In this document: one piece after another, positions 1-8,031 of the stretch | How positions within the stretch are numbered: position 1 is the first letter of the stretch | Layout: every line of letters starts with the position of its first letter | Origin: Candidatus Fraserbacteria bacterium | GTDB taxonomy: Bacteria > Bipolaricaulota > Bipolaricaulia > RBG-16-55-9 | Direction: 5' to 3' | NCBI GenBank assembly: GCA_037442925.1 | Contig: JBBIPG010000035.1 | Coordinates: 1-23,178, forward strand | DNA length: 23,178 nt | Made by a program: the position numbers and the translations under genes | Notes under the pieces: model-generated | What the model saw: the letters and a program-made list of their open reading frames with translations, nothing else | Told to the model about the DNA's origin: nothing | Databases searched by the model: none

Positions 1-47
1 GGAGGGGAAAAGGTGAGCGGGGGCATCACTGGAAATCCGCAGCGGAA

Positions 48-144
48 CGTCCCCAACGGGCATCCCAAGGATCTAGCGAAGCGTCTTCGAACCCGTGTTG
101 CCGGATTGAAAGCCCGGCGTCCTAGGCCTCTAGACGATGGGGAC
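48..144 (-). tRNA. tRNA-Glu (anticodon UUC) with a 24-nt insertion in the T-loop; no encoded CCA
   Basis: Minus strand reads GTCCCCA (acceptor) TC GTCTAGAGGCCTAGGAC (D arm) G CCGGG-CTTTCAA-TCCGG (anticodon arm) CAAC ACGGG-TTCGAA-[GACGCTTCGCTAGATCCTTGGGATG]-CCCGT TGGGGAC G. All four stems pair. The T-loop is 31 nt instead of 7. Confidence 0.9.
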
Positions 145-160
145 AAAACACCTACTAGGG

Positions 161-189
161 ATTATAGCTCTCAACATCGCCGGGTTCAA
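161..189 (-). promoter_or_regulatory. sigma70-type promoter for tRNA-Glu
   Basis: TTGAAC (189-184), 17 nt, TATAAT (166-161), 16 nt upstream of the tRNA 5' end. Confidence 0.8.
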
Positions 190-207
190 CTGCGGAAATG
201 AAGTCAG

Positions 208-1398
208 TTAGCGCTGTTTCTGCTTTGCGGGCTTAAGCCCCGCCCTCTCTCGCAATAACTCCGCTCTATCCCTGCGTTCCCAAGGCAGATCCAGTTCGGG
301 GCGCCCAAAGTGACCATATGCCGAGATCGGCTTGTAAATTGGCCTTCGTAAGTTCAAGTGTCCAATGATCGCCGCAGGGCGAAAGTCAAAGTGCTCTGCC
401 ACAAGCCTTTCAATCTCCTCATCGGGGATCACCCCCGTGTGAAAGGTATCCACCGTGATGGCCAGAGGCTGCGCCTGGCCGATGGCATAGGCCACTTGAA
501 CTTCGCATTCCTTGGCCAGTTCCGCCGCAATCACGTTCACAGCAGCGTAGCGCGCCATATACGATCCAGAGCGGTCGACTTTGGTGGGATCTTTGCCGGA
601 GAACGCTCCGCCTCCGTGACTCCCGTAGCCTCCATAGGTGTCGACTTCAATCTTGCGCCCGGTCATCCCCGTATCTCCCGGAGGACCGCCGATGACGAAA
701 CGCCCCGAAGGATTGATCAACAGCTTCGTCTTTTCGTCCAGCCACTCTCCTAAAACCGGGCGGATCACCTGCTCCGTCAGATCCTCCTTCAAGCGCCCCA
801 TCGGGATATCCGGATCATGCTGGGCGGAGAGCACAACGGCGTCTAGGCGTTGCGGCCGGTGGTCTTCATACTCCACCGTGACCTGCGATTTCCCATCAGG
901 TCGAAGATACGTGAGTGTGCCTTCCTTGCGAAGTTGGGCCAGCCTCTTGACTAAGCCGTGAGCCAGCGTGATGGGAAGAGGCATGAGCTCTTCGGTCTCC
1001 ACACACGCGTAGCCATACATGATCCCTTGATCGCCGGCTCCCAGGCTCTCATAGGGGTCTTGCGACGATCCCTTCACCACGGCCTGGGCGATATCTGGCG
1101 ATTGCTCATGCAGGGCAACGAGTACAGAGCACTGGTCGTACGAGAAGCCGTACTCTGGACGCGTGTACCCGATCTCCCGGACGGCCTCGCGAGCGATGGC
1201 GGCATAATCCAGGCGACAGCGGGTGCTGATCTCGCCACCGATGATCACTAGACCCGTGGTGACAAACGTCTCACAGGCCACGCGTGCTTGCGGGTCTTCG
1301 ACGAAGATCGCGTCCAGGATGGAGTCAGAGATGCGATCTGCCACCTTGTCCGGGTGGCCCTCGGTCACAGATTCCGATGTAAAAAGCCTTCTACCCAT
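208..1398 (-). CDS. metK: S-adenosylmethionine synthetase
   Basis: Motifs [50 protein letters not shown]. Start moved to ATG 1398 (MGRRLFT), with AAAGGA upstream. Confidence 0.98.
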   Translation of the reverse strand: MGRRLFTSESVTEGHPDKVADRISDSILDAIFVEDPQARVACETFVTTGLVIIGGEISTRCRLDYAAIAREAVREIGYTRPEYGFSYDQCSVLVALHEQSPDIAQAVVKGSSQDPYESLGAGDQGIMYGYACVETEELMPLPITLAHGLVKRLAQLRKEGTLTYLRPDGKSQVTVEYEDHRPQRLDAVVLSAQHDPDIPMGRLKEDLTEQVIRPVLGEWLDEKTKLLINPSGRFVIGGPPGDTGMTGRKIEVDTYGGYGSHGGGAFSGKDPTKVDRSGSYMARYAAVNVIAAELAKECEVQVAYAIGQAQPLAITVDTFHTGVIPDEEIERLVAEHFDFRPAAIIGHLNLRRPIYKPISAYGHFGRPELDLPWERRDRAELLRERAGLKPAKQKQR

Positions 1399-1417
1399 GA
1401 GGGGTCCTTTGGGCGCG

Positions 1418-1460
1418 ATTATAGTCGATCTTGGCGGGCGCGGCAAGCGCTCCTTATAAT
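1418..1460. promoter_or_regulatory. Overlapping divergent sigma70-type promoters (metK and M42 peptidase)
   Basis: Minus: TTGCCG (1446-1441), 17 nt, TATAAT (1423-1418). Plus: TTGGCG (1431-1436), 18 nt, TATAAT (1455-1460). Confidence 0.7.
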
Positions 1461-1496
1461 GTGCCATCTCACTCACCCAGAGAAGGAGACACGAAC

Positions 1497-2558
1497 GTGA
1501 AAGACTCCATCGAGCTATTGAAAACCCTATCCAATGCCTTCGGAGTGGCTGGCTTTGAAGAGGAGGTTCGCACGCAGATTGAGAAACTCATTGAGCCCTG
1601 CGTCGATGAAATTAAGGTAGACGCTTTGGGCAATCTCATCGCCACCCGCCAGGGCAAGGGCTCTCTTACGCTCATGCTCGACGCTCACATGGACGAGATC
1701 GGCTTCCTGATCAGCTACATCGAAGAGGACGGCTTCCTGCGCTTCACGCCACTGGGAGGTTGGGATGCGCGCATCATCCCATCCCACGCCATGACCATCC
1801 TTACAGACACGGGTCGCAAGATCATAGGAATCATCGGCACACCTCCGCCCCACATCACCAAGCCTGAGGAGCGCGAGAAGCCGTTCAAACTGGAAGATCT
1901 CTTCCTCGACATCGGAGCCTCATCCGCCCGCGAAGCACAGAAGATGGGCATTCGCATTGGGTCCCCTGCCGTGATTGCCTATCCGTTCGAGCAGCTCAAT
2001 CAAGAATTTGTGACCGGCAGGGCATTGGACGATCGCGTGGGGTGCGCGGTGCTCATCCGAACGCTGCAAGCTCTCAAGAAAGAGAAGCTGGACGTGACGC
2101 TCGTGGCGAACTTTGCCACCACGGAAGAGGTGGGACTACGAGGCGCACGAACAGCAGCGTATCAAATCGAGCCCGATGTGGCGCTGGCTCTTGAGTGCAC
2201 CGTGGGGGCAGATGTTCCAGGCATTCCCGGGTCGCGCCAGCCCAGTCGCCTCGGTCAGGGACCAGCCATCACGGTGGCCGATACGTCCCTTATCGTCAAT
2301 CCCAAGCTGGTGCGTGCGTTGACGAAGATTGCAGAAGAGAAAGGCATCCCCTATCAGTACAAGATCCCGCCTTTTGGCAGCACGGATGCCGGGGCAATTC
2401 AGCAGACGAAACGGGGAGCCCTGGCTGGGGTCGTCTCTGTGCCTTGCCGCTATATCCACTCGCCGTTTGGCGTGATGCGGCTCGATGACTTCGAAAATAC
2501 CGTCAAGCTCACCGTTGGATTCGTGCGTAGATGCCAAAAGATCTTTGCGCAGCTGTAG
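1497..2558 (+). CDS. M42 family (TET/FrvX-like) aminopeptidase
   Basis: Motifs [40 protein letters not shown] start at 1497 after the SD AAGGAG. Confidence 0.95.
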   Translation: MKDSIELLKTLSNAFGVAGFEEEVRTQIEKLIEPCVDEIKVDALGNLIATRQGKGSLTLMLDAHMDEIGFLISYIEEDGFLRFTPLGGWDARIIPSHAMTILTDTGRKIIGIIGTPPPHITKPEEREKPFKLEDLFLDIGASSAREAQKMGIRIGSPAVIAYPFEQLNQEFVTGRALDDRVGCAVLIRTLQALKKEKLDVTLVANFATTEEVGLRGARTAAYQIEPDVALALECTVGADVPGIPGSRQPSRLGQGPAITVADTSLIVNPKLVRALTKIAEEKGIPYQYKIPPFGSTDAGAIQQTKRGALAGVVSVPCRYIHSPFGVMRLDDFENTVKLTVGFVRRCQKIFAQL

Positions 2559-2640
2559 AAGCACTTCTCGCGCTGTTCATGATGCAGCTCATTGGCAGGA
2601 AGGCACATTTCAGATATAAAGTGTCTCTGAGAACACCACA

Positions 2641-2710
2641 CAGCGGGGACTGGCCTTAGCCTCGAACCTCGTCCTCGACATCACACCCTGCCCGGGCCAG
2701 GCCCCCGCTG
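2641..2710. other. Long imperfect GC-rich inverted repeat between convergent genes
   Basis: CAGCGGGGACTGGCC (2641-2655) pairs imperfectly with GGCCAGGCCCCCGCTG (2695-2710). Confidence 0.5.
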
Positions 2711-2763
2711 CCCTGCTTCGCAAACGGATCGGACATCTCATCGCCGTCATTTGCCGAACTCCG

Positions 2764-3462
2764 TCATTCTAGCCTCAGTTCGAGGTGTCGCCTCAAATCC
2801 CCCACGGCACTCTCACTCGGTGTCCCCTCCCAGACGATGGAGCCCTTCTCGAGCACGTAGATCCGATCGCAGACGCGAAGGGTTGTATCTAGACGCTGTT
2901 CCGCCAAGAGCACCCCCAATTGCTCATCTCGCATGTCGCGAACCAAGCGCTCGACCTCTTGCACGAGCGTCGGCATCAAGCCTTCCGTGGGTTCATCCAG
3001 CAACACGAGTCTCGGCTGCATCACGAGCGCTCGCGCGATCGCTACCATCTGTTGCTCGCCTCCCGAAAGCGTCCCCGCACGCTGGTCGAGGTGCTCCCAA
3101 ATCTGGGGGAATGACTTCAAGATCTGGTCCAGTCGAGAGCGCTCGAGAGGGATTTTTGTCCATCCAATCAGCAAGTTCTCTTTCACAGTCAGCTGGGGAA
3201 AGACCCGTCGCCCCTGCGGCACATAGCCGATTCCCAGCCTGGGTATCTTGTGTGCAGGCCACCGCGAGATCTCACGATTCGCAAAGCGCACCGATCCCGA
3301 TTGAACGCGTACTACACCCAAGATGCTCTTGAGCGTCGTCGTCTTTCCCGCTCCATTGCGCCCGAGAAGCCCTATCACCTCGCCTGCACCCACGCGCAAT
3401 GAGATCCCCTGAATCACCCGGCCTGTCCCATACCCCGCATAGACATCGGCCAACTCCAGCAT
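2764..3462 (-). CDS. livF: HAAT-family ABC transporter ATP-binding protein (LivF-like)
   Basis: Walker A GRNGAGKTT, VPQGRRVF, LSGGEQQM, Walker B VLLDEPTEGL. Confidence 0.9.
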   Translation of the reverse strand: MLELADVYAGYGTGRVIQGISLRVGAGEVIGLLGRNGAGKTTTLKSILGVVRVQSGSVRFANREISRWPAHKIPRLGIGYVPQGRRVFPQLTVKENLLIGWTKIPLERSRLDQILKSFPQIWEHLDQRAGTLSGGEQQMVAIARALVMQPRLVLLDEPTEGLMPTLVQEVERLVRDMRDEQLGVLLAEQRLDTTLRVCDRIYVLEKGSIVWEGTPSESAVGDLRRHLELRLE

Positions 3463-4184
3463 TACGCCTCCCCCAAATAGACTTCCTGTACTTGAGGATT
3501 GCGTTGAATTTCCTCTGGGGGTCCTTCCGCCAAAATCTGGCCGCGATGCATGACCGTGATTCGTTGAGCTAAGTGAAAGACAACTTGCATATCATGTTCG
3601 ACGATCAGAACGGCGACGTCTTTGATGTTCGCGATTCTCTGGATCAGCGTATTCGTCTCCGCTGGGCTGAGGCCTGCTGCTGGTTCATCTAGGAGCAGTA
3701 ATTTGGGTTTCTGCACGAGAGTCATAGCCAACTCCAGTAAGCGTTGATCTCCATGAGCGAGATATCGTGCCTCGAGACCCGACTTGTCGGCCAACCCCCA
3801 CAGCTGGAGGATCTCCTCGAGGGTTTGGCTGGTGTGTGCTTCACGAAAGAGATGAAGACGATCTGCTTGAAGGGCAGCGTCTAGATGCTCGCGCACCGTC
3901 AAAGTAGGGAAGAGGGTGGCAATCTGAAAGGTGCGTGCCAGGCCGAGTCTCGCACGCCGATACGCCGGCCAAGCGGTGACATCCTGCCCGGCAAATGTGA
4001 CCGAACCCGCATCGGCATGGAGTTGTCCTGCCAATAGATGGAGCAAGGTCGTCTTGCCCGCTCCGTTGGGACCGATCAAGGCCCGAATCTCTCCCGTTGA
4101 TATTGAGAAATCGACATGATCGACGGCCCACAGGCCATCAAACTGTTTTACTAATCCCTTTGCCTGCAAAATCGCTTCCATCAT
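3462..4184 (-). CDS. livG: HAAT-family ABC transporter ATP-binding protein (LivG-like)
   Basis: GPNGAGKTT, ARTFQ, LLLDEPAAGL, IVEHDM, VQEVYLG. Start at ATG 4184, which overlaps the upstream stop as ATGA; the ORF-track extension to 4517 is spurious. Confidence 0.9.
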   Translation of the reverse strand: MMEAILQAKGLVKQFDGLWAVDHVDFSISTGEIRALIGPNGAGKTTLLHLLAGQLHADAGSVTFAGQDVTAWPAYRRARLGLARTFQIATLFPTLTVREHLDAALQADRLHLFREAHTSQTLEEILQLWGLADKSGLEARYLAHGDQRLLELAMTLVQKPKLLLLDEPAAGLSPAETNTLIQRIANIKDVAVLIVEHDMQVVFHLAQRITVMHRGQILAEGPPEEIQRNPQVQEVYLGEA

Positions 4185-5134
4185 CGTTGCAGAACGCCTC
4201 GCAGCATCTTGCCCAATGTACTGAGTATGCCAAGCATTCCCTGAGGGAAGAAGCGTGCGACGAGCAGCAGCGCCAAGCCCACGAGAATGGGATAGCCGGT
4301 CTGCCAGACTCCGCTTAGTCCCTCGCGCAAAGAGAAGAAGACCCCGGTGCCCAGAAGCGGTCCCACGAGTGTGCCTACGCCTCCGAACAGCGTCCAAATG
4401 AGGGCATCCGCCGCCACAAGCCAGTGAAAGAGCCCTGTGGAGACGTGACAGTTCGTAAGAGCGTAGAGAGCTCCCGCCAGAGCGGCCGCCCCCCCTGAAA
4501 GTGTAAAGGCCAGCCATTTCAGTTTGATCGTATCGTAGCCCAGTGCCTGGGCCCGAGGCTCATTCTCGCGCACCAAGCGTAGTGCCAGTCCCAGTGGTGC
4601 ACGCACCAGGCTGTATAACAACAGAAAGGCTAGACTCACGACGACCAGCACCAGAAGATATGCAGGTCCAGGGTTCGCGCAACCCGCCGTCCATCCTGCG
4701 ATCTCCAGGGGCAGAGGGGCAAAATTCAAACCGTCATCACCACCCGTCAGGTCTCTCTGACCTTGAGCTAAAAGATAGAAGAGCAATGCCGTGACAGCCG
4801 TGACGATGATGAAACCATGTCCGCCCGTGCGTACAGCCAAGACCCCAATCAGAGCTGCTACTCCAGCGCCCACGAGTACTGCTGATGTCAAAGGCAGCAC
4901 GATGCCAGGCTGCACCTGCAACATCCAGAGAACCGCACCGTAGGCCCCCAGCCCAAAGTAGACCGAGTGCCCCAAACTGAGAAGTCCCGTGTACCCAAAG
5001 AGCAGATCGTAGCTCATGGCAAAGAGCCCCCAGATCAGAATCTTCTGTACGATGCTCAGCTGGTAGGCGTTGAGAAGCCACGGAGCGGCCACAAGCACCG
5101 CAAAGACAAGGCCAAAGGCAAGAGATTTGCGCAT
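4181..5134 (-). CDS. livM: HAAT-family ABC permease (LivM-like)
   Basis: Hydrophobic; motifs GYTGLLSLGH, TGGDDG, RENEPRAQALG, GGVGTLVGP. Confidence 0.9.
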   Translation of the reverse strand: MRKSLAFGLVFAVLVAAPWLLNAYQLSIVQKILIWGLFAMSYDLLFGYTGLLSLGHSVYFGLGAYGAVLWMLQVQPGIVLPLTSAVLVGAGVAALIGVLAVRTGGHGFIIVTAVTALLFYLLAQGQRDLTGGDDGLNFAPLPLEIAGWTAGCANPGPAYLLVLVVVSLAFLLLYSLVRAPLGLALRLVRENEPRAQALGYDTIKLKWLAFTLSGGAAALAGALYALTNCHVSTGLFHWLVAADALIWTLFGGVGTLVGPLLGTGVFFSLREGLSGVWQTGYPILVGLALLLVARFFPQGMLGILSTLGKMLRGVLQR

Positions 5135-5135
5135 G

Positions 5136-6011
5136 TCAATCTTCGCCGCCGAAGAGTCCTTGAGGCTTCAAGAGCAAGAGCCCTCCCATGAGCAAGAGAG
5201 CCAGCGCATGTGCTGTGACAGGCGAAGTCCAGACGGTAAAGAGCCCCTTAGCCAGTTGAAAGATGAGGGCGGCTACTACTGCGCCCTTCAGGCTTCCCAG
5301 CCCTCCTACGATGACCACAATAAACGAATCGAGTAGGATATCCATGCCCATGGTTGCCTCGACGGGCACGATGGGTGCCGTCAAGATACCCGCAACGGCA
5401 GCCAATGCCACCCCCAACCCAAAGGTCAGCCCATAGATGCGGGGGACAGGAATGCCCAGGGCAAGAGCTAGTTCACGGTCTTGGCGCACCGCGCGGCTCC
5501 AGAGCCCAAACTTCGTCTTGTACAAGACCAACCACAGAAAGAGCATGAACATTCCAGCCAACCCCGCGAGCACCCAACGATACACGGGATAGCGCAGGCC
5601 GAAGATCTCAACCCCGCCCGTGATGGGAGATGCTACCTGCTCCGTCCCCGGCAGAAGGAGCTGAACCCCTTGTTGCAAGATGAGAAGCAGCGCAAAGGTG
5701 GCAATGATCGTGAGCACAGGTTGGCCTTCGATGGGGCGCAACGCGATCCACTCCAAGAGCACTCCGAGAAACCCAACGAGTAGGGGTGCCACCAAGAGTG
5801 CCACCGCAAAATTCAAAGCGTAGAAATCACTGATCCCCTGAATCTGCTCCAGAATGACCCAACCCACAACGGCCCCCAGCATGTAGAACGCTCCGTGGGC
5901 TACATTGATGACTCGCAAGACCCCATAGACGAGATTGAGCCCCAGGGCCATCAGGGCCACGGCCCAAGCCCAGACGAAGCCATTGAGCAGTTGAAAGAGG
6001 ACCAGCTTCAT
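5136..6011 (-). CDS. livH: HAAT-family ABC permease (LivH-like)
   Basis: Motifs ALGLNLVYGVLRVINVAHG, GGLGSLKGA, KPQGLFG. Confidence 0.9.
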   Translation of the reverse strand: MKLVLFQLLNGFVWAWAVALMALGLNLVYGVLRVINVAHGAFYMLGAVVGWVILEQIQGISDFYALNFAVALLVAPLLVGFLGVLLEWIALRPIEGQPVLTIIATFALLLILQQGVQLLLPGTEQVASPITGGVEIFGLRYPVYRWVLAGLAGMFMLFLWLVLYKTKFGLWSRAVRQDRELALALGIPVPRIYGLTFGLGVALAAVAGILTAPIVPVEATMGMDILLDSFIVVIVGGLGSLKGAVVAALIFQLAKGLFTVWTSPVTAHALALLLMGGLLLLKPQGLFGGED

Positions 6012-7273
6012 CAGAATTCTTGCTGAGTATAATCCACATCGGGCTCGTACAGCGAAGTCTCTTTCGGGAACCGTTCTAGTACGTTGAGTTGCCCTTGCTC
6101 CACATGCTCGACATAATGACCGTGGAACGCAAGATGGTCCTCAGCTCTTATGAAACCCTCGCCCTGAGGGAATGCTGGACCCGCTGACCAGTTCATCCCT
6201 TCTAGTGCTTGGATGAAAGCAGGATTATCTATTTTCGTTTGCCAACCACTTCGCTCAATACCCAGCTTTATGAGTGAGACCGCCTGCCAACTCCCAAAGA
6301 GATCGGCGATCGGCACCACGTCGCCCTGCTCCGAGCGCCCCTCGTCATCAATACGCACCGCTTGCCTGTAACTTTGATCTGCTTCTTTGAGTTCTTCGGG
6401 CACCTGGCTGGCACGACGCGGGTAGCCCGTGATGTAGTATGTTCCCTCAAACTCAGGGAGATTCGTGTCCAGCACGTCAATGCCTTCAATCAATCCCAAT
6501 ATCTTGAGGCGCTCGCGCAATCCCAGCTCGTGAGCGGCTTGGAGAAAACGAATGGTGTCCACGGCCGTGAAGGCCTGATAGAGCACTTCCGTTCGCTCTA
6601 GACTCACACGACTTAAGAAGGGCAGAAAATCTGCCGGGCGGAAGGGAACCGTGATCACATCGACAATCTCTGCGCCGAGCGCCGCTAGTTGCGTTGTCCA
6701 GTCTGCCGCTTGCGACTGAGCGAACTCCAGCTGCGAGGCGATGATCGTCCAGCGCTTGCCCAAGTTCTCGACGGCCCAGCGTACACCCGTCTGCACCGCG
6801 GCCCTCACGCTGTGATAGCTCTTAAAGATGTAGCGATTGCCTGCCTCACCCGTGATCTCAGTGGCAATGCCTTGCGGGAAGTAGACGGTTTTCGATTCCA
6901 AAGCCAAAGGAGCCGTCGCGAGATTCGTAGCTGACCAGACGGAGCCGATGACGAAGTCAGCCCCATCTTGCAGGACGAGCTTCCTGAACTTGTCCTGGCC
7001 CGTCTCTGGGTTCGAGGCCTCGTCTTCCGTGATCAGCGTGACGGGTCGATCCGCGATGCCTCCGGAAGCGTTCATTCTATCAATGAGGGCGCGGAGCGCG
7101 CGGTTGTGCCATTGCCCGAATTGAGCCACGGCTCCCGTGAGTGGAGCCTGATGTCCGATGACGATTGCTTTCGCTTGGGCGTTTGCGCGTGTGAATACGC
7201 TTGAGCCCAAGGCCAGAACCAACAAACCTTGACGAGTTGTTCGCAAGAACTCCCGACGAGTGCACTTCGACAT
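6011..7273 (-). CDS. ABC substrate-binding protein, Leu/Ile/Val-binding-like fold, Tat signal
   Basis: N-terminal TRREFLR twin-arginine motif and ANA cleavage site; IGHQAPLTG, GADFVIG; AGGAGG SD; operon context. Confidence 0.88.
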   Translation of the reverse strand: MSKCTRREFLRTTRQGLLVLALGSSVFTRANAQAKAIVIGHQAPLTGAVAQFGQWHNRALRALIDRMNASGGIADRPVTLITEDEASNPETGQDKFRKLVLQDGADFVIGSVWSATNLATAPLALESKTVYFPQGIATEITGEAGNRYIFKSYHSVRAAVQTGVRWAVENLGKRWTIIASQLEFAQSQAADWTTQLAALGAEIVDVITVPFRPADFLPFLSRVSLERTEVLYQAFTAVDTIRFLQAAHELGLRERLKILGLIEGIDVLDTNLPEFEGTYYITGYPRRASQVPEELKEADQSYRQAVRIDDEGRSEQGDVVPIADLFGSWQAVSLIKLGIERSGWQTKIDNPAFIQALEGMNWSAGPAFPQGEGFIRAEDHLAFHGHYVEHVEQGQLNVLERFPKETSLYEPDVDYTQQEF

Positions 7274-7284
7274 CTCGGTTCCTC

Positions 7285-7890
7285 CTATCGTTTTCGTGTC
7301 TGTGCTTGCCCTCGTGTGTCTACACCAATGCCACTCAAGAAGAGCCGCGTAAGGGTCGGAAGAGCGCGTTCCAGCGGCGGTTCTCCCGCATAGAGCCAGC
7401 GCACCACGAGCTCGTGAATCGCCCCCAGCCAGGCGTGGGCGACCACACGGCTATCCGTCACGGGAATCGATCCCTCTTCGATGGCTTCATCTAGATATCT
7501 CTCGATGAGCTGTGCAAACTGATCGAAGATCTCGAGGCGCTTGCGCGCGAAGGCGGGATTTAGGAGGCTCTGCACCAAGAGAATCTGGGCGAGCCTACGT
7601 CGCTTCATGAGATTCCTCATCACAGCGTCCAGAGCCGTCTGGACCTTCGCGACCGCGCCCTTCTGCTTCGCGATGGACGTTTCCACATCGTGAAGCAGGC
7701 TCTTCGCCAAGCGTTCCATCAGTGCAGCGAAGAGCTGCTCCTTGCTGGGAAAGTGAAAGTAGATGGCTCCCTTCGAGGTCTGAGAGACCTCGGCGATCTC
7801 ATCCACCAGCGACTCGTAGTAGCCCTTTTCGGCGAAGACGCTTTCCGCTGCCTGCAAGATCTTCGCACGGGTTGCTTCCTTGTCGCGCAT
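7285..7890 (-). CDS. TetR/AcrR family transcriptional regulator
   Basis: N-terminal HTH: ILQAAESVFAEKGY...VDEIA...SKGAIYFHFPSKEQL. Confidence 0.95.
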   Translation of the reverse strand: MRDKEATRAKILQAAESVFAEKGYYESLVDEIAEVSQTSKGAIYFHFPSKEQLFAALMERLAKSLLHDVETSIAKQKGAVAKVQTALDAVMRNLMKRRRLAQILLVQSLLNPAFARKRLEIFDQFAQLIERYLDEAIEEGSIPVTDSRVVAHAWLGAIHELVVRWLYAGEPPLERALPTLTRLFLSGIGVDTRGQAQTRKR

Positions 7891-7900
7891 GATCTTACGA

Positions 7901-7947
7901 ACCGACCGGTCAGTCTAAAAGATACTCGATTCGTACACCTCTGTCAA
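7901..7947 (-). promoter_or_regulatory. tetR promoter with overlapping palindromic operator
   Basis: TTGACA (7947-7942), 17 nt, TATCTT (7924-7919). The near-perfect palindrome ACCGACCGGTCAGT (7901-7914) covers the predicted start site. Confidence 0.7.
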
Positions 7948-7950
7948 CTA

Positions 7951-8031
7951 GCCTGTCAACGGATGCGAGAACGGATTAGCGGAGCTTGTGGGCCAGCGAT
8001 CCGTTCATCCGTTTGCTATCTGTTGACAGGC
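7951..8031. mobile_element. 81-bp MITE-like element with 10-bp terminal inverted repeats and a CTA flanking duplication
   Basis: GCCTGTCAAC (7951-7960) and GTTGACAGGC (8022-8031); CTA at 7948-7950 and 8032-8034; internal stem GAACGGAT/ATCCGTTC. Confidence 0.5.

Noticed and set aside
61..85. Group I or group II intron as the explanation for the tRNA insert
   Set aside because: 24 nt is far too short for a self-splicing ribozyme core.
13..201. 62-aa plus-strand ORF with an SD-like GGAGG upstream
   Set aside because: Lies antisense to the tRNA-Glu gene and its promoter and has no protein-like motif.
1399..1476. N-terminal extension of MetK, or a SAM riboswitch upstream of metK
   Set aside because: The region is filled by two overlapping promoters, and the predicted leader is only about 13 nt.
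4185..4517. 111-aa N-terminal extension of LivG in the ORF track
   Set aside because: Overlaps livM in another frame; the ATGA-coupled start at 4184 fits the family length.
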